Assembly: GCA_963815195.1 (NCBI GenBank)
Contig: CAWFGE010000023.1
Coordinates: forward strand, 544,001-608,000
Length of the DNA: 64,000 nucleotides
Direction: 5' to 3'
DNA from: an uncultured Planctomycetaceae bacterium
Lineage (GTDB): Bacteria; Planctomycetota; Planctomycetia; Planctomycetales; Planctomycetaceae
Part shown: one piece after another, positions 11,298-21,600 of the stretch
How the letters are laid out: each line of letters opens with the position of its first letter
How positions within the stretch are numbered: position 1 is the stretch's first letter
Notes under the pieces: generated by a model
The model's input: only the letters and a program-made list of their open reading frames with translations
What the model was told of the DNA's origin: nothing
Database searches by the model: none
Position numbers and translations under genes: made by a program

Positions 11298-14182
11298 ATG
11301 CATGTGGTGTTTGCCAACACGGGCGTTCAATATGTTTGCCAGCCGCTCTCTTCGGGCGTGCGGTTTACGTCGGCTTCGGTGGGGCACGGCTGGCAACGCT
11401 GCCGCTGCCAGGAAGCCGGCGACGCGGTCCGCACCTACCACTTCATCCAATGGAAGGTCGTTCCCGGCAAGCTGGTGCTCGCGGTGGACACCACCTGCGG
11501 CGATCCGGAAAAAGGCTACTTCTGCAGCGAGGAAGCTCTCGCGGATGATTTCCCGGTCATCGTCGAAGGGCTGCTGAGCTTGGAAGGCGCGCCCTTGGCC
11601 GGGCTGCCGCGGGTGGACCTCACAATCCGGCCCGCGACCGCCGGCGCGGGGGCGGCCAAAGAAGTGCACATGGTCGTCGATTTCGGCAACAGCCGCACCG
11701 GGGCCTTATTGATTGAGATCGACCAGGAAACCGCCGATACCCCGGTGATGGAACCGTTTGAACTCATCAACCGCCATCATCTGGACGCCTGGAACGAGAA
11801 CGGCGAGTTTCAGAAGAAAGACTCGGCCCGCTGGTTCAGTTCGCGGACCCAGTGGTGCACCGCGCCCTATCTGCCTCCGCCGCGACTCGACAAAACGATC
11901 GCGGCCGCCGAGGACGCGGGAGGCGGGCGGAGCGGGTTTTTGGGGATGGGCAAAAAACGCCCGCAAGGCCGGACGCGGACGGTGTTCGTGACGCCCCGGC
12001 TGTTTCAGGATCTTTCCGCCGTCCGCATGGGCCAGGAAGCCGACGATGTCACGCAGGTCATGCAGACCGACGGCACGGTGGTGACCGGCGTGAGTTCGCC
12101 CAAGCGTTATCTCTGGGCGGACGACGAGAGTTGGCTGCAAGGGGCGATCTGGCACATGGCCGATCCCGACGACCGCCTGGAAACGCACCGCTATGCCGCG
12201 ACGCTGCAAGGCCCGCTCCTAAGATATTTGGAAGAGGAGGACCCCGATGAACTCGACCTTCCGCCGTTGGAAAGCGACGAGATCGGAGATGAGGAACTCG
12301 CGCGGGAGATTCCCTACAAGCCGCATCACGCCCCCCGCTGCCTGATGGTCGCGGCCCTTTACGAGATGATCGCCCAGGCTTACACCTACGTCAATTCGGT
12401 CGCCTATCGCAGCATGGTCGGCCGGGAGTATCAGCCGCGCGAGATTCGAAACCTCACGTTGACGTATCCGTCGGGGATGATCACTCAGGAGCGCGAGCGG
12501 TTCCGCCTCCAGGCTCAAAAGGCGATCGATCTGTTCCGGGCGACCTTGGGGCGGATGCAGCGGAATCACCCCACGCTCACGTTGAGCATCGACGAAGCGA
12601 GCGCCGTGCATCTGACCTATTTGTGGAGCGAACTGCAGCTCGTGGACCGCGACCCGCGGTTGTGGTTCTCGCTGGTCGGCCACGAACCCCTCCCCGAGGA
12701 GCCGGACGAACCGGAAGATGCAGTGGAAGACGAGGCCCATCCGCCCGCCGCGGGACCGGGCCGCCCCGGTGGTCCTGGCGGTCCTGGGAAACCGCCGGGC
12801 AGGATGCGGCCACCTGCGATGGTCAAGCCGCGCGGGCCGATGGGACCGGGCCGTCCCGGCACAGCAGCCCGCCCCGCGCCGCCGCCCGTCGTCACCGCCG
12901 ATGACGACAACGAAGACCGCGAAGTGCGGATCGCCTGCATCGACATCGGCGGCGGCACGAGCGACTTGATGATCGCCCGTTACGAGCTCGCCGCCGGGGC
13001 CGTGGATACGATCTCCGGCGAGATGCTGCACCGCGACGGAATTTCCCACGCGGGCGATCAACTGGTGAAGCGTCTGCTCGAGCGGGTGATCGTGCCGTAT
13101 TTCTCCGACCGCGTGGGCATGCAAGCCGACGAACGGGAACGCCTTTTCGGGGAAGAGCGGCCCTGGAACCGCCACTTCCGCGCGGACCGCATTTTGTGGA
13201 TCAACCGCCTGTTCGTGCCGTTGGCCCAGGCCTATCTGCAAAACGCGGTGGACGAAAACCCTCAGACGATCATTTCCCACACCGACCCGATCTACGTCGA
13301 TCCCGAAATCGTGCAGTCCCTCCAGGACCGGATCGACTCCGAGTTCAAAGCCGGCACGATCAGCGTGTTTCAGGATCTGGGCCTCGCCTACGATCAAAGC
13401 GTGTTCGAGGCAGTGGTGCACGAAGTCTTTAACGAACTGCTCCTGGACTTCTGCAAGCGGATCGTCGATTGCAACGTCGATCTGGTGCTGCTCGCCGGGC
13501 AGCCGACCAAGCTCCGCTACATTCAGGATTTGGTGCAGATGTATTTGCCGCTGCACTCGTCGCGAATCGTGCCGATGTATAACCATTATGCCGGGACGTG
13601 GTATCCCTACCAGGACACGCACGGCCGGAACCCGGGCATCATTGTCGATCCCAAAAGCGCGGTCGTCGTGGGGGCCGCGGTCGAGTCGCTGATGACCAAA
13701 GGCAAGCTCGGTCACATTCGGTTCCGCATGAAGGACCAACATGCCTCGAGCGCGCCGCAGACGAATCTCAATCAGTATTATTGGGGGATCATGGATGAAC
13801 GGTCCTCGCGGATTCCGGACTATCGCGTGCTGTTCTCGCCGGAGAACACGTCGGCCCGCTCGGAGTTTGAAGTCGTCGCCGAGCGGGTGCTCATCGGCCG
13901 GCGGTTGAGCCCCGATCCGCAATCCGAAGCGACCCCCGTGTACCTCATCAAAGTGGACAAGGGCGACCGCGACGGGTCGATCGAACTCGCCGTCACGCTC
14001 ACCCGCCAACAGCCCAAGGGCAAGAAGAGACGCTGGATCTCACCGGCGTCAAAGGCGAAGTCGCCGGCGAACCCGCGGACTGGGGCGGCCCCGACGCCAA
14101 CGTCCGCTTCTCCTGGCGAACCCTCGCCGACGAACGGTTCTACCTGGACACCGGGGCGCTCGATAATATTGAAATGTACTAG
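11298..14182 (+). CDS. srfB: Virulence factor SrfB family protein (actin/Hsp70-like ATPase fold) with Pro/Gly-rich insertion; probable frameshift near 14018, true stop TAG 14180-14182
   Basis: NTGVQY, VVDFGNSRTGALLIE, TGVSSPKRYLW, IDEASA, IDIGGGTSD, LLAGQPT, IVDPKSAVVVGA. The alternative frame ends RTLADERFYLDTGALDNIEMY*, like the SrfB C-terminal (Y/W)LDTG. Confidence 0.88.
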
Positions 14183-14192
14183 CGGGGAAATC

Positions 14193-14220
14193 CCAATGAC
14201 CAAGCCCCAATGACCAATGA
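14193..14220 (+). repeat. Short tandem heptamer repeat (CCAATGA)n
   Basis: CCAATGA-CCAAGCC-CCAATGA-CCAATGA immediately after srfB. Confidence 0.6.
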
Positions 14221-14298
14221 AAGAGGCATTCCCTGGCCTGTTTCTCAATCGCGGGCAAACCTGACCTCGAAACTTCTCAAGAACTAGGGTTGGAGCCG

Positions 14299-15267
14299 AT
14301 GATGTGCAAAGCGGTCTTGGTTTGTGCGGCGTTGCTGTTGCCACTCAATCTATTTGGCGATGACCCGGATCCTGATCACAAACCGGATCCTGAACTGGAG
14401 TTGGAATTGTCGCTCCCCAAAAAGGAAATCGTTCAATTTGAGCCTCTGGTCATAACAATTTCGGTGGAGAATCAGTCGGAACAACCTCGAAAGATTTCGA
14501 GAGCGTTCGACCCTTGCTGGCATTATCTCAAAGTTTTCGTGACGGATCCCGCCGGGAGAGTCCATCATTTGGGAGGAGGAGTCATCTGTTGCGGATTTGG
14601 GGGCACTCTGACATTGCCACCCAAGGGGAGAAACAACGCGATTCATCTCCGAATGCTACTCACCCCTTCCCCAAATACTTGGCTGGATACGCCAGGCAAA
14701 TATCAACTGAACGCGACGTTCCAAGCCGGCGATAACAACGGGCCGTTGGTGGCGCAGACGGCGACATTGACCATCAAACCCGCAGAAGGGGTCGACAAAA
14801 AAGCCTTGAAGCTATTTCGCGGTGAGGACCAGGCGGAGTTTCTCGCGAATCAAACGACCTCCCCGAAAATTGGGAAACATTTTGAAACGCTGATTCAAGA
14901 TTATCCCAAGAGCGTTTATGTCCCGTGGTGTTATTACGTCCTTGGGAGGGCTGCCCAGCGGCAAGACCACATACTATATGAAGACCGTGGCGAAGCCGTC
15001 AGAAAGTATTACAAGCATCTCTTGGAAACGGATTCCAAATTCCCCTTAAAGACCGAAGTCGAATACGAGATGGCCCGAGAGTTGATCCGAATGGAGAAGC
15101 CAGATGCAGCCAAGCGGGCAATTGAAAAGCTGATCCAGAACAATTCCGAACTGTACCTATTCCGCAGAGTCACTGAGAGCATGGACTACCTTCGAAAAGA
15201 AAATCGCCGACTTTTTGCTGAATCATTACCCGATTCCATCGACATTCATTGGAAACTGTCTCGCTAG
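14299..15267 (+). CDS. Secreted hypothetical protein, N-terminal beta-sandwich and C-terminal TPR-like helical region
   Basis: Signal peptide-like MMCKAVLVCAALLLPLNLFG; C-terminus LIQDYPKSVY...YYVLG...YEMARELI resembles TPR/BamD-type helices; more A/T-ending codons than its neighbours. Confidence 0.7.
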   Translation: MMCKAVLVCAALLLPLNLFGDDPDPDHKPDPELELELSLPKKEIVQFEPLVITISVENQSEQPRKISRAFDPCWHYLKVFVTDPAGRVHHLGGGVICCGFGGTLTLPPKGRNNAIHLRMLLTPSPNTWLDTPGKYQLNATFQAGDNNGPLVAQTATLTIKPAEGVDKKALKLFRGEDQAEFLANQTTSPKIGKHFETLIQDYPKSVYVPWCYYVLGRAAQRQDHILYEDRGEAVRKYYKHLLETDSKFPLKTEVEYEMARELIRMEKPDAAKRAIEKLIQNNSELYLFRRVTESMDYLRKENRRLFAESLPDSIDIHWKLSR

Positions 15268-15350
15268 GGAGTGGCGATAGGCTGCCGGAAGAGCCAAACG
15301 GAAAACGAACGGACAAATCTCAAATCTCCAATTTCAAACAGTAAACTCGC

Positions 15351-16676
15351 ATGGATCTGGAAATCACACTGACTTTAACCTGTCCGCATTGCGGTTTCGC
15401 CATGAACCAGGTCGAAATCGAGGATGAGGAAGACTTCGGCACGAATACGTTTTGCAATTCGTGCGGGCAGGCGTTTCAGATCCCCGAGCAATCGGCGCTC
15501 GAACCGCAGCACGAAGCCCCCGAACCCGAGCCGACCGAAGCAGGCGTGTATCAAATTCAAGAGTCCGAGCGTTTGCGCTGGCGGTTTCCGGGCGACGAGG
15601 CCGAGACGGAAACGGCCCGGCATCCGCTGTTGAACTCTCCCGCGGTCGATGCCGACGGCCGGCTTTATGCCTGCTTGCAAAACGAAGTCGTCGCGCTGTC
15701 GGCCCTAGGCGACGAGCCGGAGGTGTTGTGGAAGTTCCCGGCCGGGCGGTTGATCCCCGGTTCGCCGGCGCTCGGGCCGGACGGCAAGCTGCGGGTGCAT
15801 TCGCTGGACGGGCTGTTGTATTGTCTCACCAAAGACGGCGAATTGGCGTTCGACGCGCCTGCGCGTGGGCGACCCCTTGGGTTCCGCGACGCCTTTGGGC
15901 GATCTCGAAGGCAACACCTGGATTTGTGCTTCGACCGGGGGGCTCTTGAAGGTCGATCCCGCCGGCCGGATGGAGAACCGGGCGTTTCTCAGAAGCCCCG
16001 TGCAGTTCAATTCCACCGGGATTCTTTTTGACAAGACGCTTTACGTCGGCGGTGAAGATCAGTTCGTGCATGCGATCGATCTGACAAAACCCCGCGGCCG
16101 GGAACTCTGGGACGAGAGCGAAAACCACGGGCGGACCGGTTGGTACATCAACTCGGCGATCGCCATGCTTTCGGACCACACGCTGATCGTGGCCAGCCGG
16201 GACGACCATCTTTACAACTTCGCCCTCGACGGCACGCTCCGGTGGAAGGTCCATCTCCCGGGGCAAGCCTTGGGCTCGCCGGTGGTGGATGCCCAGAACC
16301 GGATCTACGTCGGCCTCTATCAGGTGGAGCGCGCGGTTCCCTGGTGGCGGTCGACAGCCGGACGCAGCGGGTGATGTGGTCTTACGCGACGGAACACCCG
16401 GTGGAGTCCACACCCGTCGTCGGCGGGGATGGGATCATCTATTTCGGCGACAACGCCGGCACGGTGCACGCCGTCGATGCCGAGGGCAAACCGGTCTGGA
16501 AGGAAGACTTAGGCGTGCCAATTCGCTCGTCCGGCACGTTCGTCGGCGATCAACGGGTGGTGTTCGGATTGGAGAACGGATTGCTTGCGGCCTTGGAATG
16601 CGATTCCCCGCGACCGGCCGCCGGCTGGCCGAAATTCCTGGGCACCCTGGAGCAATCCGGGCTTGTTTTAGGCTGA
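15351..16676 (+). CDS. Zn-ribbon + PQQ-like/BamB-type beta-propeller repeat protein (frameshifts ~15865 and ~16335)
   Basis: CPHC...CNSC at the N-terminus; repeated SPAVDADG, SPALGPDG, GSPVVD, STPVVGGDG..YFG, LW/VW blades across ORFs 15351-16031, 15865-16374 and 16140-16676. Confidence 0.8.
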
Positions 16677-16778
16677 CGCGGAAGAGGGATGGAGACGACA
16701 AGGCGACGGGGAGACCGCACGAGCCGGGAACTGAAACTGCCGAATTGACAATGGAAAACCGACCGAGGACCAACAAAC

Positions 16779-18416
16779 ATGTCGCAGCAACGGGCTTGTG
16801 AGAGCGTGGGCATCGATTTGGGGACCACGTATTCCGCGATGGCCTTCATGGATTCCAACATGGTGCCCCGCATGGTGATCAATACGAAGGGCCAGTCGAT
16901 CATTCCCAGCGTCGTGTATTTCGATGAGGACGAGGTGCTCGTCGGGGAAGCGGCTTTGGAGAACGCCGAGATCGAAGCCGAGCATGTCGCCCAGTTCGTG
17001 AAAGTCCACATGGGTGAAGCCTGGCGGAAAACGTACCGCGGCCACGAGCACACGCCGGAAAGCATTTCCGCGATTATTTTGGGGCATCTCGCCAAGCAGG
17101 CCGCCCATCAGATCGGCCCTGTGAAAAAAGCCGTCATCACCGTGCCCGCCTTCTTCAACGAAAAACGCCGGCGGGCCACGCAGCAAGCCGGCGAAATTGC
17201 GGGGCTCGAGGTCATCGGCACATTGAACGAACCGATGGCCGCCACCCTCGCCTACGGGCTGCACCGGTTGAACGAAGAGCAGATCGTCGCGGTTTACGAC
17301 TTGGGCGGCGGCACGTTTGACGTGACGATCGTCAAGATTTCCCCCAACGAGATCACCGAACTGGCGACGAAGGGCAACCGCGAGCTCGGCGGCAAGGACT
17401 GGGACAAGGCCCTCATCGACCACGTGGCGGTCGAGTTTATGGACGCCCACGGCGTCGATCCTTCGGCCGATCCCCAAGGAGCCCAGGATTTGATCCTGGC
17501 CTGCGAAAAAGCCAAACGCCGATTGACCGACAAGAAGTCCGCCCGGATCAGAATCCACGCCTGCGGGCACCAGCACATTACCGAAATCTCCCGCGACAAG
17601 TTCGAGGAGCTCACGGCGGACCTCTTGGAAATGACGCGGATGACGATGGAACTGGCCCTCCGCAAAGCGAACCTCGGTTGGGGCGACATCAACCGCGTGG
17701 TGCTGGTGGGCGGTTCGACGTTCATGCCGATGGTGCAAAACATGATTAAGGACGCCACCGGCCGACCGCCGGATACCAACGTCAACCCGGTGATGGCGGT
17801 GGCTTTGGGGGCGTCGATTTACGCGTGCATGCTGGAAACGGGCAAGGCCCCGCGGACGATTCGCCTGACCGACGAAAAGCCCGCGCCTTCGGAACCCGCG
17901 CCGCCGGAGCCGGCTCCTCTACCCGGGCCACCCCAGGACCTGTCCGTCCCCGCGCCGCCGGTGCGGTTTGTGACGGCGCACGGCGTAGGCGTGCGGGTTC
18001 GCGATCCCGCCGGGACCGGCTGGAAAAATACGGTGCTCATCCCGGAGCAAACGCCCGTGCCCAACGAGACCCCGGCCACGAAGACGTTTGCGGCCGCGGA
18101 CAAAATCAACGCCGGCTCCGTCATCAAAGTCGAAATCACCCAAGGCGATTCGGAGGACATCGACCTGGTCGAGATTCTCGGCGAAGGCCGGATCGAAGGC
18201 TTTTCCGATAACCAGCCCGCCGGCCAGCCCGTGGAAGTCTCGATGTGGTTCGACGCCCAAAGCCGGTTGCACACGAAGGCGGTTTACGTCAAAACCGGCC
18301 AGGAAATGCAAATGACGATCGACGTCCAAGGCGGCCTCTGCCAGCAGGAAGTCGAGGAACACCACGAACATCTCAAGCAAATCGGCGCGATCGCCCTAGG
18401 TGAAACGCCCAGGTAG
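16779..18416 (+). CDS. Hsp70 (DnaK-like) family protein, non-canonical, lacks the C-terminal lid
   Basis: GIDLGTTYS, AVITVPAFF, NEPMAA.LAYG, VYDLGGGTFDV, LVGGST.MP; Pro-rich linker; ends after the beta substrate-binding subdomain (545 aa). Confidence 0.92.
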   Translation: MSQQRACESVGIDLGTTYSAMAFMDSNMVPRMVINTKGQSIIPSVVYFDEDEVLVGEAALENAEIEAEHVAQFVKVHMGEAWRKTYRGHEHTPESISAIILGHLAKQAAHQIGPVKKAVITVPAFFNEKRRRATQQAGEIAGLEVIGTLNEPMAATLAYGLHRLNEEQIVAVYDLGGGTFDVTIVKISPNEITELATKGNRELGGKDWDKALIDHVAVEFMDAHGVDPSADPQGAQDLILACEKAKRRLTDKKSARIRIHACGHQHITEISRDKFEELTADLLEMTRMTMELALRKANLGWGDINRVVLVGGSTFMPMVQNMIKDATGRPPDTNVNPVMAVALGASIYACMLETGKAPRTIRLTDEKPAPSEPAPPEPAPLPGPPQDLSVPAPPVRFVTAHGVGVRVRDPAGTGWKNTVLIPEQTPVPNETPATKTFAAADKINAGSVIKVEITQGDSEDIDLVEILGEGRIEGFSDNQPAGQPVEVSMWFDAQSRLHTKAVYVKTGQEMQMTIDVQGGLCQQEVEEHHEHLKQIGAIALGETPR

Positions 18417-18459
18417 CCGCCCGGATCATCCCTCTTTTTCGCTGGGATCGATATTTTGC

Positions 18460-18488
18460 TTGAATTCGGTAAAAACCCTAGATAGGCT
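18460..18488 (+). promoter_or_regulatory. Candidate sigma70 promoter
   Basis: TTGAAT (18460-65) - 17 nt - TAGGCT (18483-88) in an AT-rich intergenic region. Confidence 0.4.
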
Positions 18489-18584
18489 AGTGATTATTGA
18501 ACTGAGAACAGGCGATTAGGAGTTCAAAAACGTCACAGCGTTTTGTCCTCCCGCATTCCCCACGGAGTTTTCACTGGCGATCTC

Positions 18585-18620
18585 AGCCCCGCCCGAAGGA
18601 GTTCGGTTGGGGCTTTTTTT
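18585..18620 (+). terminator. Intrinsic terminator hairpin + U tract
   Basis: AGCCCCGCCCGAA-GGAG-TTCGGTTGGGGCT (13-position stem with one mismatch and one G-U pair) followed by a T run. Confidence 0.75.
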
Positions 18621-18651
18621 GGCAATTCGAATCAGCCCCAGGAATTTCCCT

Positions 18652-21600
18652 ATGAGTCTTCGCTCTTCGTCGCTTTGGCCTTTGCGGATTTGGAAAAACT
18701 GGTCCCGGACCGAGGGGATCTTTCAAAAACGCCAGGGGCTGGGGCAATCGCGGCGATTTCGCAGCCGGGGCTGCCGCTTCGGCGAGGCGGCGGAAGTATT
18801 GGAACAACGCCTGTTGCTGTCGACGATTGTTGTGGACGACGACGGCGGCGCCGATCAAACGACGATTCAAGCGGCCATTGACGCCGCGACCGACGGGGAT
18901 CGGATTCAGGTCACCGGCGGGGCCGACTGCATCCAAACCGAAGCGGGCATCACCGTCAACAAGGATGTCACGATTCAGGGATTTGGAAGCGGACCGCAAG
19001 TCATCGTCCAAGCCGCCGCCACGCCGGGCGGCGGGGTTGACCGCGTGTTTCACATTGCATTCGGAACCGCAGCGGCGATCGACAGTCTCACGATTCAAAA
19101 CGGCCACAGCACCGAAGGCGGCGGGATCTTAAACGAGGGCGACCTCACGCTCACCAACAGCACGGTCGCTCAAAACCTCTCGGACGGAGACGGCGGCGGG
19201 ATTTCGAATTTCGGCAGTTTGAACGTTAACGACAGCGCGCTCCTCTTCAACCTTGCGAGTGGGGACGGCGGCGGGATTTCGAACTCGGGGTTTTTGAACG
19301 TCAACAACACCACGGTCCTCTTTAATCTTGCGAGCGGAGACGGCGGCGCGATTTCCAATTTCGGCACTTTGAATTTTAACTTCAGCACGCTCAATTCTAA
19401 CGCCGCCAGCGGAGACGGCGGCGGGATTTCCAACTCGGGCGGCCTGAGCGTGTTCGGCAGCACCCTCTCCAATAACTCCGCCAGTGGAGACGGCGGCGGG
19501 ATTGCCGACGATGGGTCCAATGGGTCAATCGCGGTCGTTTTCGCGAGCACACTCGCGTTCAATGTTGCGAACGGCGCGGGCGGCGGTGCCAGCAGCGCCG
19601 GTTTTCTGGCTGTTGGCAACAGCACCGTATCGAACAACTCCGCCGGCTTGGACGGCGGCGGGATCGATTCATTTTTGGGGCTTTTGTTGGTCACGAGCAG
19701 CACGATTACCGGGAATACCGCCGACTCCGGAGCGAGCTTCTCTGGGTTCGGCGGAGGAATCTCGGCCTTTAGTTTCGCCTCGGAGGTGGACAGCTCGATT
19801 GTCGCGGGGAACTTTGACGGGGATGGAACGCCGGACGACATTTTCGGAACGATCGATTTCGGCGATTTCAACCTCGTTGGCGATGCCAACTCGTCCGGCG
19901 GGTTTACCGACGGTCAAGGCGATCCATTCGATTTCAACAATAACATCGTGGGCAACTTCGGTTCCGGCACGATCGACATCACCACGGTTCTCGATCCCGT
20001 CCTGAGTAACAACCTCGGTCCGACATTGACGCACAATCTGGTCATCGGCAGCCCCGCGATCGATGCCGGCTCTAATACTGGCGGTTTCTCTTTCGACCAG
20101 CGCGGGCCGGGATTCTTTCGCGAAGAACCGCCGGGCCTTCCCGACATCGGGGCCGTGGAATTCATCCAGTTCTCCGTTGTGGACGATGACACCAATGGCG
20201 ATTACCTGACCATCCAAGACGCGATCGACGCGGCGATCGACGGCTTCGTGATTTTTGTCACCGGAGGTGCCGACCGCACCCAGACCGAAGCGGGCATCAC
20301 CGTCGACAAGGACGTTTCCATTCGGGGGTTCGCCGGGGTGCAAACTGTTGTCCAAGCCGCCGCCACGCCGGGCACGGCAACGGATCGGGTTTTTGACGTT
20401 TCGCCGGGTGTGACAGCGATGTTCGACAGCCTCGTGATTCTCAACGGTCATGCTTCCATCGGGGGCGGCATTCGCAACCGCGGCAACCTGACCGTCAACA
20501 ACAGCGTCGTCACTCAAAACACAGCCGATTCCGCCGGCGGCGGGGTTTGGAGTGACGGTCCGTTGTCGCTTTTCGGCAGCATCGTCGCTCAAAACGCGTC
20601 CGGTTCCGAGGGAGGCGGGGTTTGGAATGGCGGGAGCTTGTTGGTCTTCAACAGCGGCCTGTCGAGCAACTCGGCGGGCGCGGACGGCGGCGGTCTTTTC
20701 GACGTGAACAACGCGACCATTTTCGCCAGCACCGTTGACCGCAACGTCGCGGGAGGTTTCGGCGGCGGCGTCAGCAGCGCTTCCTTGGTCGTTGCCGACA
20801 GCACGCTTTCGGGCAACACCTCGGGCTCCTCGGGGGGCGGCATCGATTCCCCCACGGGTTTCTTTCTTGTGACAAACAGCACGATCACGGGCAACACCGC
20901 GGATTCGACCGGGGGCGGGATTTCGATCCGCGGAACCCATTCCGAGTCAGCACTTTTGGCCAGCACGATTGTTGCGGGAAATTTCATCGCCAGCGGAAAC
21001 CCGAGCGACATTTACGGAATGGTCGACTTAGGCATTTATAACCTGATCGGCGACGCCAACAGCTCCGGCGGCCTCGTTGATCAATTTGCTCCGCGGACCG
21101 AAGACCCGAGCCAGATGGCTGCTCAAATCACCGACGAAGCCAATCAAAATACCGCTGCGGATTCGACGATGTTCGATCCAGGACAGATTTTTACAAAGGC
21201 GACCATAAATCCCGGCGATCGTTTCGACACCAACAAACTGACCGGCGATCCTGTGCGCACGATGGATCCCTCACACAACGTCGTCGGCAATAGCGGCACG
21301 GGCACGCTTGACATCCACACCGTACTCGACACCAACCTCCAGAACAACGGCGGGTTCACGCCGACGCACGCCTTGGTTCCGGGCAGCCCCGCCCTGAATG
21401 CCGGCCTCAATCCGTTTTTCATCCCCTTTGACCAGCGCGGCAACGGCTTTCTCCGCGAGGATGTTCCCGGCTTCGCAGACATCGGAGCGGTGGAAGGCCA
21501 AGACCTGTTCGTGGATGACGACGGCTTCGGGAGCTTTTTGACGATCCAAGCGGCGATCGAAGTGGCGCACACGGGCGATTTCGTGATTGTGACCGGCGGC

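Noticed and set aside
16779..18416. Housekeeping dnaK
   Set aside because: It lacks the lid and canonical linker, and has no grpE/dnaJ/hrcA context
18495..18620. Known riboswitch (c-di-GMP, TPP, cobalamin, SAM)
   Set aside because: No conserved aptamer core recognised by eye; kept only as an unknown-leader hypothesis
19117..19510. Regularly spaced repeats as a CRISPR array or DGR template
   Set aside because: They are in-frame 25-aa coding repeats of a beta-helix; no reverse transcriptase or cas gene is present
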